DNA of 63,983 nt, the filler included, from Lama guanicoe (taxonomy: Eukaryota): NCBI GenBank assembly GCA_013239625.1. It is 93 parts of 93 records of this genome, joined end to end, with 100 filler letters (N's around TTAATTAATTAA, not from the genome) between each part and the next. Parts side by side here need not be neighbours in the genome. Positions count along the whole stretch, not along the records: positions 24,078 to 24,609 come from PNXV01028674.1; positions 24,710 to 25,152 come from PNXV01028675.1; positions 25,253 to 25,769 come from PNXV01028676.1; positions 25,870 to 26,849 come from PNXV01028677.1; positions 26,950 to 27,913 come from PNXV01028679.1; positions 28,014 to 28,653 come from PNXV01028680.1; positions 28,754 to 29,442 come from PNXV01028681.1; positions 29,543 to 30,034 come from PNXV01028682.1; 85 more parts are not named here. The stretch is one strand, 5' to 3'. The notes beneath the pieces are model-generated. The model was not told where the DNA came from. It was given only the letters and a program-made list of their open reading frames with translations, and did no database searches. This document shows, one piece after another, positions 24,110 through 34,169 of the stretch; position 1 is the stretch's first letter; every line of letters begins with the position of its first letter. The translations under genes and the position numbers were made by a program.

Positions 24110-24260
24110 CCTTTTTAACCCTGGAAGCAATCCTATGAAGTAGGTGGCATTAGTAATCCCATTTTACTGATGATGAAACAGAAAGTTTAGGTATCTTGCC
24201 TAAATTGATGCCAGGATTTTAGCTCATTTGTCTTGAGCTTCAAAGCCATGGTTCATAAAC
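24110..24260 (-). mobile_element. MIR SINE fragment
   Basis: CAATCCTATGAAGTAGGT...ATCCCATTTTACTGATGATGAAACAGA...TATCTTGCCTAA. Confidence 0.7.
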
Positions 24261-24709
24261 ACTGTGTAATGTAAGAGGTTAAGCCTTTCTTTAGCTGACA
24301 CGTATTTAAAAGTGCAGTGGGACCAACTGCTATGTTAATGACATTTCCAACTTTTCTAGAAGGGAAACCTACTTGAATTTATGATTAATTAATTTACTTA
24401 TTTTGATAGTGATTATGGTGGCAGATTTAGAAAAACTTCCTTTTCTGTTTTGGGATAAATAGCTTCCCATTTATGTTAATAGGAAACCAAAATTATGTCC
24501 TAGAATGAGGAACTTAACTACTTAAGTGATTAAATACTTAAGTTCCCCATTCTAGTTACGAGCTTATCTACTGAATATAGTAATGTAAGTAAATCTCTAT
24601 CTGGCCTGANNNNNNNNNNNNNNNNNNNNNNNNNNNNNNNNNNNNNNNNNNNNTTAATTAATTAANNNNNNNNNNNNNNNNNNNNNNNNNNNNNNNNNNN
24701 NNNNNNNNN

Positions 24710-26312
24710 TTGAAGGTATAGTTCAGCCAGAGAGCAAATGAATCATTATTGCATCACAATAACATTTACAGGAATGAAGTTTTTATAAAATATTTTCACA
24801 CGTATTTTCTCATGTAATCCTTACAATAATCCATTTGAAGTTGATTCTGTTTTATTTGAAGTTGGTTTTGTTTTATGTATTTGAAAAAATAGATCAACTT
24901 TCAAACTGGAAGATTCTTGGGTAAGAGCTGGTATGCCACAACCATGACTGTGGTCTCAATTTCCTAAGTCCAGGTGAAGAGAACTTGCCTTCCTCCCACT
25001 GCCTCCATCTTCATTAGCAGGAAGTAAGAGAGCAGAGCAGCAGCGTCTCCAATGAACATGGGAGAGAAGAGAAGTACATAGCACTGTTGTTTGAACAGCT
25101 CACTGTTACACAACTGAATTGTAGTACTTGCTAAATAATGTGTATTTAGCAANNNNNNNNNNNNNNNNNNNNNNNNNNNNNNNNNNNNNNNNNNNNTTAA
25201 TTAATTAANNNNNNNNNNNNNNNNNNNNNNNNNNNNNNNNNNNNNNNNNNNNGTAAGCGTAAGCTGGCTTCAGGCAGGTTTGTGACTCAAAATCACACTA
25301 CTTCTGATTTTAAAAGAAAAAAAATCTCAAGGAGAGAATTCCATTAAAAATTGTCTCATTCGGCTCTGCCTTTATGATCTTAAATCCTACCAAAAAAAAT
25401 TTTCAAAGAAAATAAGCAACTAAAAACTAAAAAAAGATAAAGGAAAAAGAAAAAAAAACAGCTCAAAGTCAAAAATACAGAGAAAGCAAGCACCTTCAGT
25501 GAAAATCAGGAGAAACAAAGTTTAATCATCAAATGTAGACTATTAAACAACTATACTTGACATGTTTAAAGAAATAAAACTTAAGCTGGAACATAAGCAG
25601 GAAATAAATTACAAAATACTAAGCAGATTTGAAAGAAAAAATAAGAACTTTAAAAAATAAACATATTTAGAAATTCAGTGGATGTATTAAATATCAGATT
25701 AAACAAAGGCAAAGAGACTTAATGAACTAGAATGTAACTGAATAACTGATCCCAAATACAGCGTACAGANNNNNNNNNNNNNNNNNNNNNNNNNNNNNNN
25801 NNNNNNNNNNNNNTTAATTAATTAANNNNNNNNNNNNNNNNNNNNNNNNNNNNNNNNNNNNNNNNNNNNTTGAAGGTATAGTTCAGCCAGAGAGCAAATG
25901 AATCATTATTGCATCACAGTAACATTTACAGGAATGAAGTTTTTATAAAATATTTTCACATGTATTTTCTCAAGTAATCCTTACAATAATCCATTTGAAG
26001 TTGATTCTGTTTTATTTGAAGTTGGTGCTGTTTTATGTATTTGAAAAAATGGATCAACTTTCAAACTGGAAGATTCCTGGGTAAGAGCTGGTATGCCACA
26101 ACCACGACTGTGGTCTCAATTTCCTAAGTCCAGGTGAAGAGAACTTGCCTTCCTCCCACTGCCTCCATCTTCATTAACAGGAAGTAAGAGAGCAGAGCAG
26201 CAGCATCTCCAATGAACATGGGAGAGAAGAGAAGTACGTAGCACTGTTGTTTGAACAGCTCATTGTTACACAACTGAATTGTAGTACTTGCTAAATAATG
26301 TGTATTTAGCAA
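24710..26312 (+). repeat. Near-identical pair: fragment 24710-25152 versus 25870-26312
   Basis: Same start (TTGAAGGTATAGTTCAGCC), 12 substitutions over 443 bp and no indels. An unrelated fragment lies between the two. Confidence 0.95.
25420..25769 (+). mobile_element. Old L1 ORF1-region fragment
   Basis: A-rich, with AACATGTTTAAAGAAATAAA...GAAATTCAGTGGATG..TTAAATATCAGATTA...AAGAGA...AATGAACTAGAA. Confidence 0.5.
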
Positions 26313-26612
26313 TATGTGCCATTCTTTTTTAGTCTCGGAATACCTAACAGAATCCTTCAAACTTTCTGCAAACTCCACATACACAAATATGTATCAGTTT
26401 TTAAAGATGCCTTCAAAACACCATGAGCTTCTGTATTATTGCCTCCGGAAATATTTACAATTAAAACCCAACTGGTTTAATTATATGCTGAATGCCGTAA
26501 CCATTGAATACACAAGTGTCATACTAAGTAGTTAAACAATTTCTTTCCAAATCTTAAATAAGCAAACAGAAAAAAGGGAAGATTCTTTGAAGATTGAAAA
26601 GTGCTCCCAATG

Positions 26613-26810
26613 TAGTGTTGCCTGATAAAATTGAAGGCACCAACTAAGTTAGATTTTAAGATAGATAATGGATTTTTTTTTAGTGTAAGTATTAAGTATT
26701 TAGTATAAGTATCATGGAGATACTTCTACTAAAACATTGTCCACTCTGTATCTGATTTTCAGTTTTAACTGTGTGTTCTGTATTTTTATTTCCTAAATAT
26801 AGCAACCCTA
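26613..26810 (+). mobile_element. MER3 hAT-Charlie MITE, full length
   Basis: Termini TAGTGTTGCCTGATAAAA ... TATTTTTATTTCCTAAATATAGCAACCCTA, with internal TTTTTAGT.TAAGTAT. Confidence 0.85.
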
Positions 26811-26949
26811 TGTCAGAGAAAAATCCTCTTTACATCTTCAATTTTATACNNNNNNNNNNNNNNNNNNNNNNNNNNNNNNNNNNNNNNNNNNNNTTAATTA
26901 ATTAANNNNNNNNNNNNNNNNNNNNNNNNNNNNNNNNNNNNNNNNNNNN

Positions 26950-27913
26950 CACAAAGTTTCTTTTCAGTTGGAATCTCCACTACATACATCAATATGAAAA
27001 GGTACAAGCTCCTAGTCGGTTTTACAGTGAAAAATACAGGAACTTCAAACGGGCACTTGCAAACAGACTGTGGAACCAGAGTAAGCGTCTCCACTGAAAA
27101 CCGTTCCCTTTGGGCTAGATGAACGAACGTGTCTCCACATGCTCTGTTCTGAGAGATAAGTGTGTTTGAAAGCCGCACTTCACCTTGCTTGTTAGGAAAA
27201 CAAAGTTTCCTTTCAGTTGCAAACTCCACTACATACATATATTTGGGGTGGTAAAAGCTCCAAATCGGTTTTACTGTGAAAACTGCAGGAAACTCAAACC
27301 GACACTAGGATACAGACTGATATGCCAGAGTAAGTGCTTCTACTGCAACCAGTTCCCTTTGGGCTTTATAAACGAACGTCACTCCACATGCTGTGTTCTG
27401 AGAGATAATTGAGTGTGAAAGCCGTCCTTCATTTAACTTCTTGGGAGCTCAAAGTTTCTTTTCATTTGAAAACTCCAATACATATATATATACGGGTAGT
27501 TACAGGCGCCAATTCGGTTTTACTGTGAACACTGCAGCAACTTCAAACTGCCAGTAGGAAACAGAGTGAGAAACCAGAGAAAGTGTTTCTCCTGCAATCT
27601 CTTCCCATTTTGCTAGATGAACGAACGTCTCTCACCATGCTAAGTTCTGAGAGATAATTATGTGTGAAAGCCCACCTTCAAATATCTTGTTGGGAAAACA
27701 CAGTCTCTTTTCAGTTGCAAACCCCACTGCATTCATATATATGGGGAGGTACAAGCTCCAACTCGGGTTTACAGTGAAAACTCTAGGAACTTCAAACTGC
27801 CACTAGGAATCTGATTGAGTAACCAGAGTATGTGTTTCAACTGCAACCCTTTCCCTTTGGGCTAGATGAATGAACGTCTCTCCACATGCTCAGTTCTGAG
27901 AGGTAAGTGTGTG
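26950..27913. repeat. Satellite DNA, 249-bp monomer, about 3.9 diverged copies
   Basis: CA(A/C)AGT(T/C)TC.TTTCA.TTG anchor at 26952, 27201, 27450 and 27699 (exact 249-bp spacing). Motifs such as GAACGAACGT and GTTCTGAGAGATAA recur in the units. Confidence 0.95.
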
Positions 27914-28753
27914 NNNNNNNNNNNNNNNNNNNNNNNNNNNNNNNNNNNNNNNNNNNNTTAATTAATTAANNNNNNNNNNNNNNNNNNNNNNNNNNNNNNN
28001 NNNNNNNNNNNNNCCAGGGGATGATGTGCCATGTGAGCAGCATCTGAAAAGACAGACCCAAGCGGTCTCTCCTTGATTTGGAACGAGGGAGTTCCCAGGT
28101 CCACCTGCCAGAGAGGGTCCTCTGCGGCAGTGTGAAAGACCCCAAAGGCGTTTCGTCTCCTTCTCGAGGTGGATACACATGGCAGAGGCCAGCAAGTGTC
28201 CCACGGTGTCATCACCAAGGAAAGGCAGGGGGAGTTTTATCACGGAAAAGCTTTTCCTGTCATCCGCCACCGCCCATCACAGAACTGACACTAGGGAAAA
28301 CGCGGCTTAATCTTGGGACAGCGGGCAGGCTGGGGGGTGGCTGGCAAGACCTAGAAGAGCCCCCGAGGTTCTGTGTGATCCCCCAAGGATGGACGCGACT
28401 CATTTGGGCGGAAGGGTGGGGTAGGGGGCGATGCCGGTCTGTCTGTCTGCTTTCACCAGGGGTGGGAGAGGAGAGACGATGGTCCCTTGGCAAGCCTTCT
28501 GATTTCTTGCCTGAGAAACATACCGCCTCCCTCTCCCCTCCGTCCCCGTTCCAAAGAGACAACTTAAGAGAGAAACACAGTTTACGAAGAACACATGCAG
28601 TGTGCCCGCCGCACAGGAGAAGGCCGAGCCAGAAGCCCCGCGCAGTGACGGGCNNNNNNNNNNNNNNNNNNNNNNNNNNNNNNNNNNNNNNNNNNNNTTA
28701 ATTAATTAANNNNNNNNNNNNNNNNNNNNNNNNNNNNNNNNNNNNNNNNNNNN

Positions 28754-29442
28754 TGAGAGACCACTTCACACCTGTTAGGATGACTATAACAAAAAGACAA
28801 AACAAGTGTCGGTGAGGATATGGAGAAACTGGAACCCTCATTCACTGCCAGTAGGACTGTGAAATGATGCAGCTGCTTTGGAAAAGTTTGGCAGTTCCTC
28901 AAATGGTTAAACACAGAATTACCACTTCTAGATATATATCAAGAGAAATGAAAACATATTTGTACAAAAACTTGCATACAAATGTTCATTTGTTCATAAT
29001 AGCCAAAATGTGGAAATAGTACAAATGTCCAACATCCGATGAATGGTTAAAATAAATGTGATATACCCATGTGATGGATACCAATTTTTACCAATGGGAA
29101 AAATAAAGTACTGATACATGCTACAACATGGATGAACCTTTAAAACATTATGTTAAGTAGACAAGTCATTTGCCAAGAACTACATATGATTCCATTATAT
29201 GAAATGTCTAAAATAGGTAAATCTATAAGGAAAGAAAGTAGAATGATGGTTGCCTAGGGCTGGGGTTGTGTTAAGGGGAAACGAGGAATGACTCCTATGA
29301 GTACAGAGTTTTTTGGGGGTATTGCTGAAATGTCCTAAAACTGATTGTGATAACGGTTGCACAATTCTGTGACTATATTAAAAACCACTGAAGTATACAC
29401 TTTAAATAGGTGAACTGCATGGTATATAAATTATATTCCAGT
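28754..29442 (+). mobile_element. L1MB/L1ME-like ORF2 end and 3' UTR
   Basis: CACTTCACACC...GGTGAGGATATGGAGAAACTGGAACCCTCAT...CTGATACATGCTACAACATGGATGAACCTT...GGTTGCACAATTCTGTGA. Confidence 0.92.
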
Positions 29443-29542
29443 NNNNNNNNNNNNNNNNNNNNNNNNNNNNNNNNNNNNNNNNNNNNTTAATTAATTAANN
29501 NNNNNNNNNNNNNNNNNNNNNNNNNNNNNNNNNNNNNNNNNN

Positions 29543-29815
29543 TCGTTTCAGTCATTGTATTCTTTAGCTCTGATTGAGTCTTATATTTTCTAACTCTGCT
29601 TAAGTTCTCACTGAGCTCATCCATTTTTCTCTGCCAAGTTTGGTCTGCATTTTTATTACCATTCTTTGGAACTCTTCATCAGGTAGATTGCTTATCTCCA
29701 TTTTTCTTACATCTCCTTGCATTTGTATCTTGTTCTTTTGCATATTCCTCTGTCTCTATAATTTGTTTGATTTTCTGTGTTTGTTTCTGTGTATTAGGTG
29801 AAACAGCTGCCTCTC
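29543..29815 (-). mobile_element. LINE-1 ORF1 5' region, antisense
   Basis: TTCTCACTGAGCTCATCCATTTTTCTC...ATCAGGTAGATTGCTTATCTCC...ATATTCCTCTGTCT. Confidence 0.7.
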
Positions 29816-30781
29816 TCGTTATTTAATGAGCAGTCTTGTATGGGTGTGTGTTGGTAGCTCTTGGCTTCCATCAGTAGTGTATCTGGCTGTTTTTCTTAGC
29901 ATAGGTTTTTGAAATTTACTTATATTGTTTAGAGTGTCACTGATTTGTTTGTTTTCATCTGTGAATAGAATTCTATTGTACAAATATAATGTGTTTCTCA
30001 TTCTGTTGACAAACATGATTATTTCAAATTATTGNNNNNNNNNNNNNNNNNNNNNNNNNNNNNNNNNNNNNNNNNNNNTTAATTAATTAANNNNNNNNNN
30101 NNNNNNNNNNNNNNNNNNNNNNNNNNNNNNNNNNTCCTGGCATCAAGCGAGCTATCTTGGTAAGAACAAAGGATTTCCAGAAACAGCAACGTATCAGCAG
30201 ATGGGTGGGTCGCACTTGGAAGCAGTGTGTTCTTTACGTGGATCACATCTCTCCTCTGTTTCACAATTTCAAGGAGCCCGATGCAGCCCAGCAAAGAAAA
30301 TTCAAGGAAATGGAACAACCCTGTCTCCCTGCTCCTATTATTCTTAGATACAAAAGACAGATAATTATCTAAAGTATTTCTCAATATGAACAAGTTGGAA
30401 AAGTGACCTTTGAGTCTGTGACAGAGTCTACTCACGTCAGTGTTTTGACCAGAAGCAAAGCTATGTCCAGGCTTAGCAAATGCTCATGGGGGCCAACTTT
30501 TCTCTCCTTCACGTTATACAGACCATAAATAAAGGGAAATAGTTTAACAGGCAGCCAGGCCTGAATGGCTCCGAGACACCCCGAGGGAGTGATAAAATTC
30601 TCCCGTTGGTAGACTTACGTAAACCAAGATGCAATGAATATTTTAAAGATACTCCCTTTGGTCAATAANNNNNNNNNNNNNNNNNNNNNNNNNNNNNNNN
30701 NNNNNNNNNNNNTTAATTAATTAANNNNNNNNNNNNNNNNNNNNNNNNNNNNNNNNNNNNNNNNNNNNGGCAGAGCACAAC

Positions 30782-31288
30782 TGCTAGGTAGTTAGGTAAG
30801 TGGGGGCACTGGGCAGACAGGTCGGGGAGAGGGAGGCTGGTCAGGAAGATGGCGTTGTGCCTGCCTCCAGCAAAAAGGGCTTTACTTCTTCTAAATGAGT
30901 GCCAGCAAGAAACTGGTTAAAACCTGATAGCCACAACTGATAGGCAGCAGAAAGGACTTAACCGGACATAACCCAGTGCTCACTGTATTATAATTAACGT
31001 TGCAGATTCACCCACCCCCTCCCATGGGTGTCCCTGTGCACCATGGGTAAGGACATGCACAAAGGGGCCAAACATGACTAGGCATTCCAGGGACAAGAGC
31101 CCTTAATCAATCAAGAGACCACCTCTAAGCGAGGGTATAAGAGAAAGAGGAGACCAAAACAGTGGCTCTTCCTCCCTTGGACCAGCCCACCTCCCCTTCT
31201 TGGCGGTGTACTTTTCCTTTTCTAAAAATTTATCTTTCACTACACAACGCACTATCCCCTGTCGGTAAACCTGTCTTTTGGGTATGAC
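30782..31288 (+). mobile_element. ERV LTR (ERV1-like), 5' end through U3/R
   Basis: Starts TGCTAGGTAGTTAGG. AATCAATCA near 31105 and TATAA at 31136, then GGTGTACTTTTCCTTTTCTAAAAA (degenerate polyA region). Confidence 0.7.
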
Positions 31289-31388
31289 NNNNNNNNNNNN
31301 NNNNNNNNNNNNNNNNNNNNNNNNNNNNNNNNTTAATTAATTAANNNNNNNNNNNNNNNNNNNNNNNNNNNNNNNNNNNNNNNNNNNN

Positions 31389-31814
31389 AGATAGAGAGCC
31401 TAGAAATAATTCCACACACCTATGAGCAATGAATCTACGATTTAAGAGGCAAGAGTACACAATGGAGAAATGACAGTCTCGTCAATGGATCATGTTTGGA
31501 AAGCTGGATATCTACATGTAAAACATTGAAATGAGAGCATTCCCTGACATCATATACAGAAATAAACTCCAAGTGAATTAAAGACCTAAATATAAGACCT
31601 GATACTATAAAACTTCTAGAATGGAATATATGTGATACCCTATTGTATATATATCATAGGAATATTTTCATATTTCAGTCTCCTAAGGCAAAATAATCAA
31701 AGCAAAAATAAGCAAGTGGAACCTAAACAAACTTGGAAATTTCTGCACAGCTAAGGACACTATACGTGAAATGAAAACACTGCCTGTATAATTGGAGAAC
31801 ATATTTGCAAACAA
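31389..31814 (+). mobile_element. LINE-1 ORF2 3' fragment
   Basis: ATAGAGAGCCTAGAAATAA.TCCACACACCTATG...ATTAAAGACCTAAATATAAGACCTGATACTATAAAACTTCTAGA. Confidence 0.92.
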
Positions 31815-32540
31815 NNNNNNNNNNNNNNNNNNNNNNNNNNNNNNNNNNNNNNNNNNNNTTAATTAATTAANNNNNNNNNNNNNNNNNNNNNNNNNNNNNN
31901 NNNNNNNNNNNNNNCTCTTGCCTTTCTAAGTTCTAGTTCTTTGTTATGACACAGATTCCAGAACTTTCATAGGCCATACTCCTGTAGTCTGCTTAGGTCT
32001 TATCAACCTGAGCCACATAATTCCTCTGCGACCCTCTGCACCCTTACCTACAAGGGCATTCCTCACATCCAAGTTCATACTGCTCAAAACAGTGAGCTTA
32101 GGGTGTTTATTTTATCTTGATATCCCTCTGACAAAGAAATCCAAATGACCGAGAACCCACTGAAGATAGTATCTGGAAAATGGCAGTCTTGGGTACGGTG
32201 ACTCCTTCTCTGAGGCCTCCTTGACTTTGTTTGCTCAGGAGTCTTCTCTTTGGGAACTTTATCTTCCTTGCCTACTTTCTTNNNNNNNNNNNNNNNNNNN
32301 NNNNNNNNNNNNNNNNNNNNNNNNNTTAATTAATTAANNNNNNNNNNNNNNNNNNNNNNNNNNNNNNNNNNNNNNNNNNNNAGGAACTGTCAGTTGGAAA
32401 GATGAAGAGCCTGAATATGGATGGTTCCTCGCAACCAAGTGTCTCCTGATTGACACGCAGTCGAGTCTCTAACAGATTCCTATGGACCTGCATGGCTGTA
32501 TGATCCCAGAAAGCTGAAGGTCATGACTGAATCACGCCTG

Positions 32541-32544
<4 letters not shown>

Positions 32545-32574
<30 letters not shown>
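32545..32574. repeat. (GT)15 microsatellite
   Basis: Read directly. Confidence 0.95.
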
Positions 32575-32575
<1 letters not shown>

Positions 32576-33693
32576 CTAAATCTCTCTCTTTTTAATTACT
32601 GGTAATAAATCCCAGATTTGTACACACTTCCTAGGACAGCTTGAAGTCTACTCCTTGGCCAATCTAGTAGTCTCCTTCCATTCACTAGCATCTGAACGGA
32701 CGTTAGCAAACACACCCATCCTAACTCGTGTGCAAATGGGCACTAGTCATTTTGAGTAAGACCTTCAAATTCTACAAGAATTACAAAAATAGGCTGGTTA
32801 TTTTTTTTCTTTTGGAATCATCAAGGCAGGGAACTCCATTCATGCTATTTGATCGACAAACCCTTAGCTCCGATCCCTTTTCTAGGCTGCGCTCTCAACA
32901 ACACGAAAGAGCACTTTGCAGATATTACAGGAAAAGGATTGCTTTTTAGGCTCATAGGACACGTTGAACNNNNNNNNNNNNNNNNNNNNNNNNNNNNNNN
33001 NNNNNNNNNNNNNTTAATTAATTAANNNNNNNNNNNNNNNNNNNNNNNNNNNNNNNNNNNNNNNNNNNNCAAAACCAGTAATGAGAAACTGGTAAACATT
33101 AAGAGTTAGCTCCCTTTTTGGCTTAACTTGAGATACAAATCACTCCATCGGGAACACAAAAGCCATATTTAATCCACTCCCTGAGAGTGCATGAATCTCT
33201 AAAAATTTCACACAGTGTGGGCTGTAGAACTAAAACTGCCTCTTGATGTTCCTTACCTTCTATCTCTAATCCCAAACCATATTTATATTTAGTCAAGTTT
33301 CAGTGTTTGAGTAAGTTCGAAGATTATTCAATGTTATTATCCCTCCCAGATCCCACAGAAGAATTAGTCAGACAGATTACAAGAACTACTAGGCAGCAAG
33401 TGGTATTTTCCAAAATCTAAAAATCTAGGTAAACATGCAACTCCTTTAGGTTTTTCTTTAGTTAAATCTACAAAGAGCGCCCTGTGGAAAACTCATGTCC
33501 ATTTTGCCAGTGTCTGTTATTAGTAATAAGAAGTTAACTAAACAAGATAAAGTCCCCTAGAATGCGACGTGCTCAGGTGAGTAGAGATAATGGNNNNNNN
33601 NNNNNNNNNNNNNNNNNNNNNNNNNNNNNNNNNNNNNTTAATTAATTAANNNNNNNNNNNNNNNNNNNNNNNNNNNNNNNNNNNNNNNNNNNN

Positions 33694-34169
33694 ACAGCAC
33701 TGGAAGAGACACACAAACCCCCAGGAACACAGGAGCTCAAGGGCTAGACGGTGGAGACGGATAAACTCATACACGGGGAAAATAAAAAATCATTTCCGAG
33801 AGCAATGAGTGATGCGCAGTTAGCAGAGGGAGGCAGTGAGACAAGAAGGAAGGGGGTGGCGCGGGGGCTCCAGCTAGAGCGTTCCGAGCAAGCCTCCTGA
33901 CGCGGTGACTGTCGGGCTGAGACCCGAGAGCGTGAGGAGTGGCGGGCTTCATAGGGCATTTCAGGCGGAGGAGCTGCACCGGCCCCCTGTGCCTGGAAAT
34001 CTTGAGAAGGGAGGGAAGGTCACTTCACTCGGAGCCCAGCCACAACTGGGCAAGAGGTGGGGAACAGGGCTGGAGGGGCTGGAGAGGGGGGGCTGTAGCT
34101 GGCTTTCCCTGCAGCCCATTGTAAGGAGCGCGGGTTTCCTGCTAAGGCAGTGAAAGCCTCTGACGGGTG
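33694..34169. promoter_or_regulatory. GC/CpG-rich fragment, possible CpG-island edge or regulatory element
   Basis: Many CpGs relative to neighbouring fragments, G-tracts, no recognisable repeat. Confidence 0.35.

Noticed and set aside
24964..26384. Two near-identical 62-aa and 86-aa ORFs suggesting a duplicated small gene
   Set aside because: They only reflect the duplicated fragment pair. The starts are non-canonical or arbitrary and the peptide has no recognisable family.
26950..27913. CENP-B box in the 249-bp satellite
   Set aside because: TTCGG and TCGGG fragments occur, but I could not find the full TTCG-N4-A-N2-CGGG pattern by eye.
28078..28701. 207-aa ORF
   Set aside because: Non-ATG start, GC-driven composition, runs into the linker, no recognisable homology.
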